A stretch of 60,815 nucleotides of DNA, the filler included. It is 5 parts of 5 records of this genome, joined end to end, with 100 filler letters (N's around TTAATTAATTAA, not from the genome) between each part and the next. Parts side by side here need not be neighbours in the genome. Positions count along the whole stretch, not along the records: positions 29,842 to 48,126 come from DRR378314_1522; 4 more parts are not named here. One strand, 5' to 3'. Below are positions 32,280-44,249 of the stretch, one piece after another. Position 1 is the stretch's first letter. Each line of letters starts with the position of its first letter. The notes below the pieces were generated by a model. It was not told where the DNA came from. It saw only the letters and a list, made by a program, of their open reading frames with translations, and made no database searches. A program made the translations under genes and the position numbers.

Positions 32280-33515
32280 TTAAAAATTGCCCTGGAACCA
32301 CTTCTTGAAGCGTTCCATCCAGTTCACTTCGCCGCCGCCGGCCTGGGCACGGGGGCTGCGTCCTTCCTTCTCCATGCGCTGGCCGTACAGCAGCAGGCCC
32401 ACGGAGGTGGAATAAATCGGGTTGCGCACCACATCGGTGAGCCCGGCCACGCCCTGCGGCGTGCCCAGACGCACCGGCATGTGGAAAATTTCCTCGGCCA
32501 GTTCCGCCGCGCCCTCGATCTTCGAGGAGCCGCCGGTGAGCACGATGCCGCCGGGAATCATGTCCTCGAACCCGGAGCGGCGGATTTCCGCCTGGATCAG
32601 GGTGAACAGCTCGTCGTAGCGCGGCTCCACCACCTCGGCCAGGTTCTGGCGGCTGAGGGTGCGCGGCGGCCGGTCGCCGACGCTGGGCACCTTGATGGTC
32701 TCGTCGGCGCCGGCCAGCTGGGTCAGCGCGCAGGCGTACTTGATCTTGATCTCGTCGGCGTGCTGCTTGGGCGTGCGCAGCGCCATGGCGATGTCGTTGG
32801 TGACCTGGTCGCCGGCGATCGGGATGTTCGCGGTGTGGCGGATCGCCCCCTCGGTGAAGATGGCGATGTCGGTGGTGCCGCCGCCGATGTCGACGATGCA
32901 CACGCCCAGCTCGCGCTCGTCCTCGGTGAGCACCGAGTGCGCGCTGGCCAGCTGCTCGAGGATGATGTCCTCCACTTCCAGGCCGCAGCGGCGCACGCAC
33001 TTCTCGATGTTCTGGGCGGCGTTCACCGCGCAGGTCACCAGGTGCACCTTGGCTTCCAGGCGCACGCCGCTCATGCCCACCGGCTCGCGCACGCCCTCCT
33101 GGTTGTCGACCACGTATTCCTGCGGCAGCACGTGCAGGGTCTTCTGATCGGCGGGAATCGCCACCGCCTGGGCGGCGTCGATCACCCGGTCGATGTCCGC
33201 CTGGGTCACTTCCCGGTCGCGGATCGCGACGATGCCGTGGGAGTTAAGGCTGCGCACATGGGAACCGGCGATGCCGGCGTAGACCGAATGGATCTGGCAG
33301 CCGGCCATCAGCTCCGCCTCTTCCACGGCACGCTGAATCGAGCGCACCGTGGCTTCGATGTCCACCACCACGCCCTTCTTCATGCCCCGCGAAGGCTGGG
33401 AGCCCAGACCCACTACCTCCACAACGCCTTCCTCGGTGATCTGGCCGACGATGGCCACGACCTTGGAGGTGCCGATGTCCAGGCCCACGATCATGTTGTC
33501 CACTGCATTCGCCAT
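32280..33515 (-). CDS. ftsA: Cell division protein FtsA
   Basis: LDIGTSK, DIGGGTT, C-terminal amphipathic helix. Confidence 0.98.
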   Translation of the reverse strand: MANAVDNMIVGLDIGTSKVVAIVGQITEEGVVEVVGLGSQPSRGMKKGVVVDIEATVRSIQRAVEEAELMAGCQIHSVYAGIAGSHVRSLNSHGIVAIRDREVTQADIDRVIDAAQAVAIPADQKTLHVLPQEYVVDNQEGVREPVGMSGVRLEAKVHLVTCAVNAAQNIEKCVRRCGLEVEDIILEQLASAHSVLTEDERELGVCIVDIGGGTTDIAIFTEGAIRHTANIPIAGDQVTNDIAMALRTPKQHADEIKIKYACALTQLAGADETIKVPSVGDRPPRTLSRQNLAEVVEPRYDELFTLIQAEIRRSGFEDMIPGGIVLTGGSSKIEGAAELAEEIFHMPVRLGTPQGVAGLTDVVRNPIYSTSVGLLLYGQRMEKEGRSPRAQAGGGEVNWMERFKKWFQGNF

Positions 33516-33539
33516 TAGAGGTACATCCTCTGTTTCTGC

Positions 33540-34358
33540 TTAAGCATTCTTGTCCGCTTCCGCGTCGCGCCAGGTCACCGCGATGCCATCGGCATAGCGC
33601 AAATCGACCCGCGCCACGCCACGGCTGTCGGTGCTCAGTACACCGCGATACAGGCGCGTGAAACGGCGTAACTTGCCCACGTAATTTTCCCGGTCCACCA
33701 CCAGCTGCATTTGGTTGTCCAAAGTCAGCCGGGCGGTCAGCCGGGCGTTCACTTCCATTCGTTCGATGCCCAGGCCCACGTCACGCAGCAGCTTGCCCAT
33801 GCTGTGGTAGAAGCTCATCACTTCCTCCAGGCGCTGGTCGGGGCCGTTGAGGCGCGGCAGCCCGGCCAGATCGTATTGTTTGAGCGCCTTGAACGGCTCG
33901 CCGTCGCGGGCCACCAGCACCGCTTCGTTCCACACCGCCACCGGCTCGCGCTCGGTGACGTCCAGGCTCACCGTGTCCGGCCACTGGCGGCGCACGGACA
34001 CCTCCGACACCCAGCTCAGGCCGCGGGCGCGCTGGTAGATCTGCTCCAGCGGCACCGAGAAGTAGTTGGCGTCGCGCACCAGCGAGGCCAGCGCGGTCTG
34101 CACCTGCTGCTGTCGGCGCACGTCGGTGACGCCGTCCACGCCCACCTGGCGGATCGGGTACTGATCCAGCACCCGCGGCAGCCAGATCACGCCGGCCACC
34201 ACGGTGATCGCCACCAGCCCGGCCAGCGCGCCGGGCAGCGCCGCCGCCAACCGCTCGCGGATCGGCACGGCGGGCGCCTGCCGCTTGGCGCGGGTCGCCT
34301 TGGGGGACGCGCCGCGTGTGCGGCGGGCGTCCGGTGTCTGGCGTCTGGCCTTAGCCAC
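33540..34358 (-). CDS. ftsQ: Cell division protein FtsQ
   Basis: Single TM, POTRA domain, DLRY motif; dcw position. Confidence 0.93.
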   Translation of the reverse strand: MAKARRQTPDARRTRGASPKATRAKRQAPAVPIRERLAAALPGALAGLVAITVVAGVIWLPRVLDQYPIRQVGVDGVTDVRRQQQVQTALASLVRDANYFSVPLEQIYQRARGLSWVSEVSVRRQWPDTVSLDVTEREPVAVWNEAVLVARDGEPFKALKQYDLAGLPRLNGPDQRLEEVMSFYHSMGKLLRDVGLGIERMEVNARLTARLTLDNQMQLVVDRENYVGKLRRFTRLYRGVLSTDSRGVARVDLRYADGIAVTWRDAEADKNA

Positions 34359-35346
34359 GGGGCTTGCTCCCTTTGCTCGCTTTGTTCGCCTTGCGCGGCG
34401 GAAACCGGTCCACCGCTTCCAACAGAATGCGTGCCACCAGGGTGGCGAAATCGTCGCCGTCGGCCTTGGCGGCCATCGGCACCAGGCTGTGATCGGTCAT
34501 GCCCGGCACGGTGTTCACTTCCAGCAGCTGCCAGTCGCCGTGTTCGTCGCGCATCACGTCGACGCGGCCCCAGCCCTGGCAGCCCACCGCTTCGAACGCC
34601 TTCAGGGCGAGCGCGCGCAGGGCCTGCTCGTCGGCGTCGTCGAGGCCCGCCGGGCACAGGTACTCGGTGCTGTTGGACTGGTACTTGGCCTCGAAGTCAT
34701 AGAACGCGTTGGGCGTCTTCAGGCGGATCGACGGCAGCGCGCGGCCGTCGACGATCGCCACGGTGTACTCCGGGCCGCGCACCCAGGCTTCCACCAGCAC
34801 GTCGCTGTCGTAGGCGCGGGCGTCTTCCAGGGCTTTGTTCAGTTCCGCCGCGCTGTCCACCTTGGCCATGCCGATGGAGGAGCCCTCGTGGGACGGTTTC
34901 ACCATCAGCGGGAAGCCGATATCACGGTCGTCCAGGCCGGCCACGTAGAACGGCGGCGTGGGCAGGCCGGCGCCCTTCCACAGTTGTTTGGTACGCACCT
35001 TGTCCATGCCGATGGCGGACGCCATCACGCCGGAGCCGGTGTACGGCAGTTTCAGATGCTCCAGCAGCCCCTGGATCACGCCGTCTTCGCCGCCCCGCCC
35101 GTGCAAGGCGATAAAGGCCACGTCGAAGCCCTTGAGGGTGTCCACGCCGCGCTCCGCCGGGTCCACCAGCTCGGCGATCAGGCCCAGCTGGCGCAGCGCC
35201 TGGTGCACCGCCGCGCCGCTCTTCAGGGACACGGAGCGCTCCGCGGAATCGCCGCCGGCCAGCACCGCCACCCGGCCGATGCGGGCCAGGCGCTGCTTCA
35301 TTTCGCTGGTCAGCGCCATGCCGGGCGCCTTGCCGCTATCGACCAT
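34351..35346 (-). CDS. ddl: D-alanine--D-alanine ligase
   Basis: [32 protein letters not shown]; start re-assigned to the ATG at 35346. Confidence 0.96.
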   Translation of the reverse strand: MVDSGKAPGMALTSEMKQRLARIGRVAVLAGGDSAERSVSLKSGAAVHQALRQLGLIAELVDPAERGVDTLKGFDVAFIALHGRGGEDGVIQGLLEHLKLPYTGSGVMASAIGMDKVRTKQLWKGAGLPTPPFYVAGLDDRDIGFPLMVKPSHEGSSIGMAKVDSAAELNKALEDARAYDSDVLVEAWVRGPEYTVAIVDGRALPSIRLKTPNAFYDFEAKYQSNSTEYLCPAGLDDADEQALRALALKAFEAVGCQGWGRVDVMRDEHGDWQLLEVNTVPGMTDHSLVPMAAKADGDDFATLVARILLEAVDRFPPRKANKASKGSKPRG

Positions 35347-36781
35347 GGGCGCCTCCGTTGCCGTCGGTGGGTTCGATGCGCGCCGCCAGTTCGCGGGCGA
35401 TACCGCCCACGTTGCCGGCGCCCTGGGTAACCAGCAGATCGCCGCCCTGCAGCACATTGGCGAGCAGTTCGGGCAGCTTGGCCGGGTCGTCCACGAACAC
35501 CGGCTCCACACGGGCGCGCTGGCGCAGGCTGCGCATCAGGGCGCGGGTGTCGGCGCCGGGGATGGCGTCCTCGCCGGCGCTGTAGACTTCCAGCATCAGC
35601 AGTTGATCGACACCGCCGAGCACGTCCACGAAGTCCTCATAGAGGTCGCGGGTGCGGGTGTAGCGGTGCGGCTGGAACAGCATCACCAGCCGGCGGCCGG
35701 GCCAGCCGTCGCGGATCGCCGCGATGGTGGCGGCCACTTCGCGGGGATGGTGGCCGTAGTCGTCCACCAGGGTGGCGCTGCCGCCGTCGGCGCAGGGGTA
35801 CTCGCCGAGCACGTCGAAGCGGCGGCCGACCCCGGTGAAGCCGTTCAGGCCGCGCACGATGGCCTCATCGTCGGCGCCTTCGTCGGCGGCCACGGCGATC
35901 GCCGCCAGGGCGTTCAGCACGTTATGGCGGCCCGGCATGTTCAGGGTGATCTCCAACGACTCGCCTTCGGTGCGCACCACCCGGAAGGCGGTGCTCATGC
36001 CGGTCTGGCGCACGTTCTCGGCGCGCAGGTCGGCGTCGTCGCTGAAGCCGTAGCGGATCACCTGGCGGTTGACCCGGGGCAGCAGTTTGCGCACCACCGG
36101 GTCGTCCACGCACAGCACCGCCACGCCGTAGAACGGCAGGTTGTGCAGGAACTCGATAAAGGTGTTTTCCAGCCGCGCGAAGTCACCGCCGTAGGTGTGC
36201 ATGTGGTCGGCGTCGATATTGGTGACGATGGCGCTCATCGGCTGCAGGTGCAGGAAGCTGGCGTCGGACTCGTCCGCTTCGGCCACCAGATAGCGGCTCT
36301 GGCCGAGGCGCGCGTTGGTGCCGGCGCTGTTCAGGCGGCCACCGATCACGAACGTCGGGTCCAGCCCGGCTTCGCCGAGAATCGCCGCCACCATGGAGGT
36401 GGTGGTGGTCTTGCCGTGGGTGCCGGCCACGGCGATGCCGTGGCGGAAGCGCATCAGCTCGGCGAGCATTTCCGCGCGCGGCACCACCGGCACCCGGCGG
36501 GCGTGGGCTTCGGCCACTTCCAGGTTGTCGGTGTTGACCGCCGAGGAGGTCACTACCACGTCGGCGTCGCCGATGTTTTCGGCGCGATGGCCGATTTCCA
36601 CCCGCGCGCCCAGGGACCGCAGGTGGTCCACCACCGGCGATTCCTTGATGTCACTGCCACTGATGGCGTAGCCCTGGTTGGCCAGGACTTCGGCGATCCC
36701 GCACATGCCGGCGCCGCCGATACCCACGAAGTGGATACCGCGAATCCGCCGCATTTCAGGCACGGTATGTTTAATCGCCAT
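35336..36781 (-). CDS. murC: UDP-N-acetylmuramate--L-alanine ligase
   Basis: [28 protein letters not shown]. Confidence 0.97.
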   Translation of the reverse strand: MAIKHTVPEMRRIRGIHFVGIGGAGMCGIAEVLANQGYAISGSDIKESPVVDHLRSLGARVEIGHRAENIGDADVVVTSSAVNTDNLEVAEAHARRVPVVPRAEMLAELMRFRHGIAVAGTHGKTTTTSMVAAILGEAGLDPTFVIGGRLNSAGTNARLGQSRYLVAEADESDASFLHLQPMSAIVTNIDADHMHTYGGDFARLENTFIEFLHNLPFYGVAVLCVDDPVVRKLLPRVNRQVIRYGFSDDADLRAENVRQTGMSTAFRVVRTEGESLEITLNMPGRHNVLNALAAIAVAADEGADDEAIVRGLNGFTGVGRRFDVLGEYPCADGGSATLVDDYGHHPREVAATIAAIRDGWPGRRLVMLFQPHRYTRTRDLYEDFVDVLGGVDQLLMLEVYSAGEDAIPGADTRALMRSLRQRARVEPVFVDDPAKLPELLANVLQGGDLLVTQGAGNVGGIARELAARIEPTDGNGGAHGR

Positions 36782-37838
36782 GGGCGACCTCCTCGCATAG
36801 TTTCGCCACCCGGGCGGCACTGTCCGGCACCGCCAGCTGGCGGGCACGCCCGGCGATCTGCGCCAGGGCGTCCCGTTCCATCATTCCGGCCAGGTTGCGC
36901 GCCAGGGCACCGGCGTTCATCTCCGCCTGCGGCAGCATCAAAGCGGCGCCACGATCCACCAGCCAGCGGGCGTTCAGCGTCTGGTGGTCGTCCACCGCGC
37001 TGGGCAGCGGCACGAACAGCGCCGCCACCCCGGCGGCGGCCACTTCCGCCACGGTCAGCGCGCCGGCGCGGCACACCACCAGGTCGGCCCAGGCGTAGGC
37101 TTCGGCCATGTCATCGATAAATTCACTGACCAGGGCGTCCAGGCCCAGGGCCTGGTACACCGGCTCGGCTTCGCCGGTGCGGCCGGCGCCGCACTGGTGC
37201 CGAACCTGCAGGTTCGCGCCCAGGGACGCCAACAGCAGCTCCGGCAGATCCTGGTTCAAGGCCAGCGCGCCCTGGCTGCCGCCCAGCACCAAAATCCGCA
37301 GCGGCCCCTGGCGCCGGCCGTAGCGATCCGCCGGGTCGGGCAGCTCGGCGATTTCGCGGCGCACCGGGTTGCCCACCCAGATGCCACCGGGCAGCGCCCC
37401 TTCGAACCCTTCCAGGGTTTCCGTGGCGAAGCGCGACAGCATGCGGTTGGTGAGCCCCGGCGCGGCGTTCTGCTCGTGGATCACCAGCGGCACGCGGCAC
37501 AGTTTGGCGGCCAGGCCGCCGGGGGCACTGACAAAGCCCCCGAAGCCCACCGCCAGCACCGGACGCTCGCGGCGGATCACCGCCACCGCCTGCCACAGTG
37601 CGCGCAGCAACTGCAGCGGGCCGAGCAGCTTGCGTTTCACGCCACCGCCGCGCAGGCGCCCGACGGCCAGGCTGACGATCTCGAAGCCGTGGCGTTCCAC
37701 CAGCCGGGTCTCCATGCCGCCTTCGGCGCCCAGCCACAGCACCCGGTAGCCGGCGTCCTGCAGTTGCCGGGCCACCGCCAGGGCGGGGAACACGTGGCCG
37801 CCGGTGCCGCCGGCCATGATCAATACCGTGGCGCTCAT
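36771..37838 (-). CDS. murG: MurG glycosyltransferase
   Basis: AGGTGGH, HEQN, GGSQGA, RAGALT; true start at MSATVLI. Confidence 0.97.
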   Translation of the reverse strand: MSATVLIMAGGTGGHVFPALAVARQLQDAGYRVLWLGAEGGMETRLVERHGFEIVSLAVGRLRGGGVKRKLLGPLQLLRALWQAVAVIRRERPVLAVGFGGFVSAPGGLAAKLCRVPLVIHEQNAAPGLTNRMLSRFATETLEGFEGALPGGIWVGNPVRREIAELPDPADRYGRRQGPLRILVLGGSQGALALNQDLPELLLASLGANLQVRHQCGAGRTGEAEPVYQALGLDALVSEFIDDMAEAYAWADLVVCRAGALTVAEVAAAGVAALFVPLPSAVDDHQTLNARWLVDRGAALMLPQAEMNAGALARNLAGMMERDALAQIAGRARQLAVPDSAARVAKLCEEVAHGD

Positions 37839-38989
37839 CGTTTGCTCCTCCCGCGTGCCTGCAGCCGCGATTGCTCGGTGCTGGCGCGCAGTACCAGCGC
37901 GATCATCACCGAACAGATCAGCAGCGAGGAGCCGCCGTAACTTACGAACGGCAGCGTCAGTCCCTTGGTGGGCAACACACCCATGTTCACACCCACGTTG
38001 ATGAACGCCTGGGCGCACAGCACCAGCGCGGTGCCGTACACCAGATAGGCGTGATAAAGAAAGCCGCGCTGCTCCAGGCCGCGGCCGATCACGAACAGAC
38101 GCCAGCCGAGCACCGCGAAGCCGACGATCATCGCCAGGGTACCGATCAGGCCCCATTCCTCGGCGAGCACCGCGAACACGAAATCGGTGTGTGCTTCCGG
38201 CAGGTAGAACAGCTTCTGCACACTGTTGCCCAGGCCCACGCCCAGCCAGTGGCCGCGCCCGAAGGCGATCAGGCTCTGGGTGAGCTGGTAGCCGGCGCCG
38301 TACTGGTCCGCCCAGGGGTCGGTGAAGCTCATCAGGCGCGCCACCCGGTAGGGCTCCGCCAGCGCCACCACGGCGCCCAGGGCCACCACGGCGAGGCCGA
38401 TGATCAGGAAGCGCAGGGTCGGCACGCCGGCCAGGAACAGCATGCCCATGGCGGCGATGCCCAACACCACCACGGCGCCGAAGTCCGGCTGCAGCAGCAG
38501 CATGAAGGTGAGCGCGGCGAGCACGCCCAGCGGCAGCAGGAAGGCCTTCCAGCCGCTTTCCAGGGCCGCCTTGTGCTGGGCGATGTAGCCGGCCAGGTAG
38601 AGCACGAAGCACAGCTTGACGATTTCCGAGGCCTGGATGGTCAGGCCCGGCAGCGCGATCCAGCGGGTGGAGCCGTTCACTTCCCGGCCGAGGCCGGGGA
38701 TGAACACCATCACCAGCGCCACCAGCGCCACCGGCAGCATGGCGAAGCGCAGCTTTTCCAGCAGGGTGAGCGGCACGCAGCAGTACACGAACACGCCCAG
38801 GCCGACGCTGGCGAGCAGGTAGATGCCGTGGCGCAGGCCGTAATGGAAGGGGCTGTCCAGGCGGGTTTCGGCGATCTGCAGCGACGCGGAGGTGACGATC
38901 ACCAGGCCGGCCAGGGCCAGCAGCGCCACGGTCCACAGCAGCGGGCGGTCGAGGCCCGGATCGCGTACGTCCACCAGGGCGCTAGCCAT
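37835..38989 (-). CDS. ftsW: Peptidoglycan polymerase FtsW
   Basis: LPEAHTDF, KGLTLPFVSYGGSS. Confidence 0.97.
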   Translation of the reverse strand: MASALVDVRDPGLDRPLLWTVALLALAGLVIVTSASLQIAETRLDSPFHYGLRHGIYLLASVGLGVFVYCCVPLTLLEKLRFAMLPVALVALVMVFIPGLGREVNGSTRWIALPGLTIQASEIVKLCFVLYLAGYIAQHKAALESGWKAFLLPLGVLAALTFMLLLQPDFGAVVVLGIAAMGMLFLAGVPTLRFLIIGLAVVALGAVVALAEPYRVARLMSFTDPWADQYGAGYQLTQSLIAFGRGHWLGVGLGNSVQKLFYLPEAHTDFVFAVLAEEWGLIGTLAMIVGFAVLGWRLFVIGRGLEQRGFLYHAYLVYGTALVLCAQAFINVGVNMGVLPTKGLTLPFVSYGGSSLLICSVMIALVLRASTEQSRLQARGRSKR

Positions 38990-40307
38990 GGGTCACCTCC
39001 CGGGCGCGGGCGGAGAAGTCGTCGCCACGGGCCACGTAGCTGTCGTACATGTCGAACGAGGCGCACGCCGGCGACAGCAGCACGGCGTCGCCGGGCTGGG
39101 CCAGTTGCGCGGCGCGCTTGACCGCCGCCGCCATGTCCGCGACCCGTTCGCAGGGCACGCCGGACAGGCCGTCGGCCACTTTGTCCGCGTCCTGGCCGAG
39201 CACCAGGGCGGCGCGCAGATACTGGCGCGCCGGCTCGCCCAGCGGCGAGAAGTCCTGGCCCTTACCCTGGCCGCCGGCGATCAGGATCACGCGGCCTTCG
39301 ATGGCCTCGCCGATACCGGTAAGCGCCGCCAGCGTGGCGCCCACGTTGGTGGCCTTGGAATCGTTGATCCAGCGGATGCGGGCGTCCTCCGCCACCAGCT
39401 GGCAGCGGTGCGGCAGGCCCTTGAACCGTTTCACCGTGGCCAGGGTGGTGGCGCGGTCGAAGCCCAGGGCGTCGGCCATGGCCAGCACCGCCAGCACGTT
39501 CATGGCGTTGTGGTGGCCGGTGAGCGCCAGCTCGTCCACGTGCAGCAGGGTCTCGCCCTGGTGGCAGAGCATCTGCTTGTCGGTATCCAGCTGGTAGTGC
39601 GCTTCCGGGTGGCTGCCGAAGGTGATTTCCCGGGGCACCTGGGTCTGCGGACGGGTGGCCAGGTCGTCGCGGTTCCACACCGCCACCTGGCAGCCGTCGT
39701 AAATGCGCTGCTTGGCGGCCAGGTAGTCGCTGAACTTGCCGTAGCGGTCCAGGTGGTCCTGGGACAGATTGAGAATCGAAGCGACCTGGGCGTTGAGGCT
39801 GTAGGTGGTTTCCAGCTGGAAGCTGGACAGCTCCAGCACGTACAGCTCCGCTTCCTCGCGCAGCAGATCCAGCGCCGGCACACCCAGGTTGCCGCCCACG
39901 CCCGGCTTGGCGTCGCAGGCGCGCGCCACTTCGCCGAGCAGGGTGACCACGGTGCTCTTGGCGTTGGACCCGGTGATGCCCACCAGCGGGCGGCTGGCGG
40001 TACGGGCAAACAGCTCGATGTCGCCGATCACTTCCTTGCCCTCGGCGATCTGCTCGGCGATGGCCGGGGTCGACACCGCCACGCCGGGGCTGACGATAAG
40101 ACGCTGGGCCCGCTTCATCCACGACGCCTTGAAGCCGCCGGTGTGAATCTTGAGCTTGGGATGCTGCTCACGCAGTTCGTCCAGACCCGCGGGCGCATCG
40201 CGGGTATCCAGGGCGCGCACGGGCATACCCTGATCCGCCAGGTAGCGGATCACGGAGCGGCCGGAAACACCCAGGCCAATAACCAGATCGAACGCGTCTT
40301 TCGCCAT
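38982..40307 (-). CDS. murD: MurD ligase
   Basis: TGSNAKST, ELSSFQL, DSKATN, SPACASFD. Confidence 0.97.
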   Translation of the reverse strand: MAKDAFDLVIGLGVSGRSVIRYLADQGMPVRALDTRDAPAGLDELREQHPKLKIHTGGFKASWMKRAQRLIVSPGVAVSTPAIAEQIAEGKEVIGDIELFARTASRPLVGITGSNAKSTVVTLLGEVARACDAKPGVGGNLGVPALDLLREEAELYVLELSSFQLETTYSLNAQVASILNLSQDHLDRYGKFSDYLAAKQRIYDGCQVAVWNRDDLATRPQTQVPREITFGSHPEAHYQLDTDKQMLCHQGETLLHVDELALTGHHNAMNVLAVLAMADALGFDRATTLATVKRFKGLPHRCQLVAEDARIRWINDSKATNVGATLAALTGIGEAIEGRVILIAGGQGKGQDFSPLGEPARQYLRAALVLGQDADKVADGLSGVPCERVADMAAAVKRAAQLAQPGDAVLLSPACASFDMYDSYVARGDDFSARAREVTHG

Positions 40308-40324
40308 ATACGTTTACGCCCGTC

Positions 40325-41407
40325 CTATCGAATCTTGAGGGTCGCCAGACCCACCAGTACAAGAATTACGGTAATGATCCAGAACCGAACGATGATCTTC
40401 GGTTCCGGCCAGCCCTTGAGCTCAAAGTGGTGATGGATCGGCGCCATGCGGAAAATGCGCCGGCCGGTGAGCTTGAACGAGGTCACCTGCAGCATCACCG
40501 ACACCGTCTCCATGACGAACACACCGCCCATGATGAACAGCACGATTTCCTGGCGGACGATCACCGCCATCACGCCGAGCACCGCGCCCAGCGCCAGCGC
40601 GCCCACGTCCCCCATGAACACCTGCGCCGGGTAGGCGTTGAACCACAGAAAGCCCAGCCCGGCGCCACACAGACCGGCGACGATTACCACCAGTTCACCG
40701 GCGCCGGCGATGTAGGGAATCTGCAGGTAGGTGGCGAACTCCGCGTGGCCGCTGGCGTAGGCGAAAATGCCCAGCGCCGCCGCCACCAGCACGGTGGGCA
40801 TGATCGCCAGGCCGTCCAGGCCGTCGGTCAGGTTGACCGCGTTGGAGGTGCCGTTGATCACGAAATAGGTCAGCACCACGTAGAACCAGCCCATGTTGAT
40901 CGCCACGGTCTTGAAGAACGGCACGATCAGCTGGGTTTCCTGCGGGCTCTGGGCGGTCCAGAACAGCGCCAGGCCGGCGCCCAGCGCGCCCACGGACTGC
41001 CAGAAATACTTCCAGCGCGCCGGTAGACCGCGCGGGTTCTTCTCGATCACCTTGCGCCAGTCGTCGACCCAGCCCACGGCGCCGAACACGACCAGCACGC
41101 CCAGGGTGATCCACACAAAGCGGTTGCTCAGATCCGCCCACAGCAGGGTGGAGATGGCGATCGAGATCAGAATCAGGCCGCCGCCCATGGTCGGGGTGCC
41201 GGCCTTGCTGAGGTGGCTCTTGGGGCCGTCGTCGCGGATCGCCTGGCCGACCTGCTTTTCCTGCAGCTTCTGAATCATGATCGGACCGATCCAGAACGCC
41301 AGGAACAGCGCCGTCAGCACCGCCAGAATGGCGCGCAAGGTAATGTATTGGACCACCAGGAATCCGGTATAAAACTCACCCAGCAGTTCCGCCAGCCAAA
41401 GCAACAT
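40325..41407 (-). CDS. mraY: Phospho-MurNAc-pentapeptide transferase
   Basis: [27 protein letters not shown]. Confidence 0.98.
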   Translation of the reverse strand: MLLWLAELLGEFYTGFLVVQYITLRAILAVLTALFLAFWIGPIMIQKLQEKQVGQAIRDDGPKSHLSKAGTPTMGGGLILISIAISTLLWADLSNRFVWITLGVLVVFGAVGWVDDWRKVIEKNPRGLPARWKYFWQSVGALGAGLALFWTAQSPQETQLIVPFFKTVAINMGWFYVVLTYFVINGTSNAVNLTDGLDGLAIMPTVLVAAALGIFAYASGHAEFATYLQIPYIAGAGELVVIVAGLCGAGLGFLWFNAYPAQVFMGDVGALALGAVLGVMAVIVRQEIVLFIMGGVFVMETVSVMLQVTSFKLTGRRIFRMAPIHHHFELKGWPEPKIIVRFWIITVILVLVGLATLKIR

Positions 41408-42759
41408 CAGTGCCCCCTCCCCTTATCGGTAAGCCGTTGCACCACTTGCTCCATGCGGGCACTGCGCGACCCCTTGACCAATACCGTGCCGCCCCGGGCC
41501 AGCGTTCCCGCTGCCCGCTCGGCGGCCTGATCGAAATGTTCCACCGGCTCGGCGCCGTCACCGAAGCCGCGGGCGGCAGCGTCGGCGCCGGGCAGGGTGA
41601 TCAGCCTGTCGATGCCGGCGGCCCGGGCGTTGGCGCCCAATTCCGTCACCAGCGTCTCGGCGCTGGGGCCCAGTTCCCCCATGGCGCCCAGCACCAGAGT
41701 GCGTGGTGACGGCCGCCCGGCCAGCCAGGCGATGGCCGCCCGTACCGAGCCGGGGTTGGCGTTATAGGTGTCGTCCACCAGGGTGCCGCCCTGGCAGTCG
41801 ATCACGTTCATGCGTCCCGGGACCGGCTTGAGCTGTTCCAGGCGCGGCGCCCGTTCCGCCAGGTCGACGCCCAGCGCCTGCACGGCGGCCAGCGCCATCA
41901 GCGCGTTGCTGATCTGATGCGCGCCCACCAGCGGCAGGCGCAGGGTCAGCCCCAGGGGCTGCAGCACGAAGTCGCAGCCCTGGTCGTCCAGGCGCACCGC
42001 GTCGGCGTGCAGGTCGCCCTGCTCGCGGCCCACGGTGACGATGTTCAGGCCGGCGGCGCGGGCCTGCTCGGTGAAGAAGGCGGCGTAGTTGTCGTCGCCG
42101 TTGATCACCGCGGTGCCGCCGGCGGCGCAGCCGGTGAAGATTTCCGCCTTGGCGCGGGCGATGCCGTCCATGGAGCCGAAGCCTTCCAGGTGGGCGCCGG
42201 TGACGTTGGTGATCAGCGCTACGTTCGGCTTCACCAGGCCGCTGGTCCAGGCGATTTCGCCGGGGGCGTTGGCGCCCAGCTCGATCACCGCCTGGCGGTG
42301 TTCGGCGGTCAGGCGCAGCAGCGTGAGCGGCACGCCGATGTCGTTGTTGAGGTTGCCGTGGGTGGCCAGGGTGCCCTCGCCCAGCAGCACGGCGATCATC
42401 TCTTTCACGGTGGTCTTGCCGGCGTTGCCGGTGACGGCCACGCGCGGCACCGGGAACTGGGCGGCGTAACCGGCGGCCAGGCGGCCGAGCCCCTGGCGGG
42501 TGTCGGCGACGCGCACGTCGGCGTCGAACACGCCGGCGTCGTTGCCGTCTTCGCCGTGGTAATCAATCAGCGCGGCCACCGCGCCGGCGTCCCGGGCCTG
42601 GGCCAGGAAGGCGTGGCCGTCGAATCGCTCGCCGCGCAGCGCCACGAACAGGCTGTCCGGGCCCAGCGTGCGGGTGTCGGTGCTGACCGCGCTCAGGGTG
42701 CGGTCTTCGCCGCGCATCTCGCCGGCGGTCCAGTCACGGATCTGGGACAGGCGCATCAT
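41407..42759 (-). CDS. murF: MurF ligase
   Basis: [27 protein letters not shown]. Confidence 0.96.
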   Translation of the reverse strand: MMRLSQIRDWTAGEMRGEDRTLSAVSTDTRTLGPDSLFVALRGERFDGHAFLAQARDAGAVAALIDYHGEDGNDAGVFDADVRVADTRQGLGRLAAGYAAQFPVPRVAVTGNAGKTTVKEMIAVLLGEGTLATHGNLNNDIGVPLTLLRLTAEHRQAVIELGANAPGEIAWTSGLVKPNVALITNVTGAHLEGFGSMDGIARAKAEIFTGCAAGGTAVINGDDNYAAFFTEQARAAGLNIVTVGREQGDLHADAVRLDDQGCDFVLQPLGLTLRLPLVGAHQISNALMALAAVQALGVDLAERAPRLEQLKPVPGRMNVIDCQGGTLVDDTYNANPGSVRAAIAWLAGRPSPRTLVLGAMGELGPSAETLVTELGANARAAGIDRLITLPGADAAARGFGDGAEPVEHFDQAAERAAGTLARGGTVLVKGSRSARMEQVVQRLTDKGRGH

Positions 42760-44249
42760 GCGATCCCCCCTGCCGGGGCGGCCGGCGCCTGCCACGCGGC
42801 CAGGGCCTCGCGGGCCAAGTCGCGGTCGTCCATGGGGTGGCGCTTACCGGCCACCTCCTGATAGTCCTCATGGCCTTTGCCGGCCACCAGCACCACATCG
42901 TCGGCGCCGGCCTGTGACACCGCCAGCGCCACGGCGCGGCGGCGGTCGGTTTCCACCTGCACGGCGCCAGGGTGGTCGAGACCGGCGCGCATCTGTTCAA
43001 TGATCGCGTCCGGGTTCTCGCCGCGCGGGTTGTCGCTGGTGAACAGCACCCGGTCGGCGCCGCGCTCGGCGGCGGCGGCCATCAGCGGGCGTTTGCCGGT
43101 GTCCCGGTCGCCGCCGCAGCCCACCACGCAGTGCAGGCGGCCCGGAAAATGCTCGCGGGCCGCCGCCAGGGCTTTTTCCAGGCCGTCGGGGGTGTGCGCG
43201 TAATCGACGATGACGGTGGGCTTGCCCGCTGCGCGGACCGGCTCCATGCGGCCCGGCACCGGTGTAATGGCGGCCAGGGCGTCCGCCAGCGCGCAGGGCT
43301 CGACGCCGCTGCCGTGCAACGCCCCGGCCACCGCCATCACATTGCTGAGGTTAAAGGCGCCGAACAGCGGCAGGGTCACGTTCACGGCTTCGCCGCCCAC
43401 GGTGAGCCGCAGGTCCATGCCGTCCGGGTGCGGCTGCCAGGCCACGCAGCGCACGGTGGCGCCGGCCTGGGCGCCGTAGGTGATGCAGCGCACGCCGTCG
43501 TTGAGCCGGCCGAGCAGCACCGGGGCGGCGTCGTCGTCGCTGTTGATCACCGCTTCCTGGAGCTCCGGGCGGGTGAACAGCGCCACCTTGGCGAGCAGAT
43601 AGGCGTCCATGTCGCCGTGGTAGTCCAGGTGGTCGCGGCTCAGGTTGCTGAACACCGCGATGCGCACCGGGGTGCTGCCCAGGCGGTGCTGGTCGAGGGC
43701 GTGGGACGACACTTCCATGGCGACGCTGTCGGCGCCGGCGTCGCACAGGTCGAGCAGCGCTTTCTGCAGGGTAATCGGGTCCGGCGTGGTGTGGCCGGTG
43801 CTGCCCTCCTGGCCCTTGAGGCCGACGCCCAGGGTGCCGATCAGCCCGCAGGCGTGGCCCAGGGCGTTGAGCGCGTCACGCAGGAACCAGGTGATGCTGG
43901 TCTTGCCGTTGGTGCCGGTGACGCCGATCACCTTCAGGCGGCGTCCGGGCTCGCCGAAGTAGCGCGCCGCCAGCACGCCGACCTGGCGGCGCAGTTCCGG
44001 CACGGTGATGCGCACCGCGCCGTCGTGCGGATGCACGGCGAAGGCGTCGCCCTCTTCCACCACCACGGTGGCGCCGGCGCGGACCGCCGCGTCGATGAAC
44101 TGGCGGCCGTCCGCGTTGTGGCCGGGCACCGCCAGGAACAGGTCACCGGGGGTCACCGCGCGGCTGTCCAGGCGCAGTGCGTTGATGGTCAGGTCGCGCA
44201 GCCGTTCCGGCAGCGGCTGGTCGGGGAGCAGATGCCGCAGTGCGATCAT
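42756..44249 (-). CDS. murE: MurE ligase (meso-DAP type)
   Basis: [19 protein letters not shown] specificity motif, GKGHE. Confidence 0.97.
   Translation of the reverse strand: MIALRHLLPDQPLPERLRDLTINALRLDSRAVTPGDLFLAVPGHNADGRQFIDAAVRAGATVVVEEGDAFAVHPHDGAVRITVPELRRQVGVLAARYFGEPGRRLKVIGVTGTNGKTSITWFLRDALNALGHACGLIGTLGVGLKGQEGSTGHTTPDPITLQKALLDLCDAGADSVAMEVSSHALDQHRLGSTPVRIAVFSNLSRDHLDYHGDMDAYLLAKVALFTRPELQEAVINSDDDAAPVLLGRLNDGVRCITYGAQAGATVRCVAWQPHPDGMDLRLTVGGEAVNVTLPLFGAFNLSNVMAVAGALHGSGVEPCALADALAAITPVPGRMEPVRAAGKPTVIVDYAHTPDGLEKALAAAREHFPGRLHCVVGCGGDRDTGKRPLMAAAAERGADRVLFTSDNPRGENPDAIIEQMRAGLDHPGAVQVETDRRRAVALAVSQAGADDVVLVAGKGHEDYQEVAGKRHPMDDRDLAREALAAWQAPAAPAGGIA

Noticed and set aside
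34351-36781. murB missing between murC and ddl
   Set aside because: This is normal for gammaproteobacterial dcw clusters.
36771-38936. Apparent 721-aa MurG fusion
   Set aside because: The N-terminal part is an alternative frame of ftsW; the true start is 37838.
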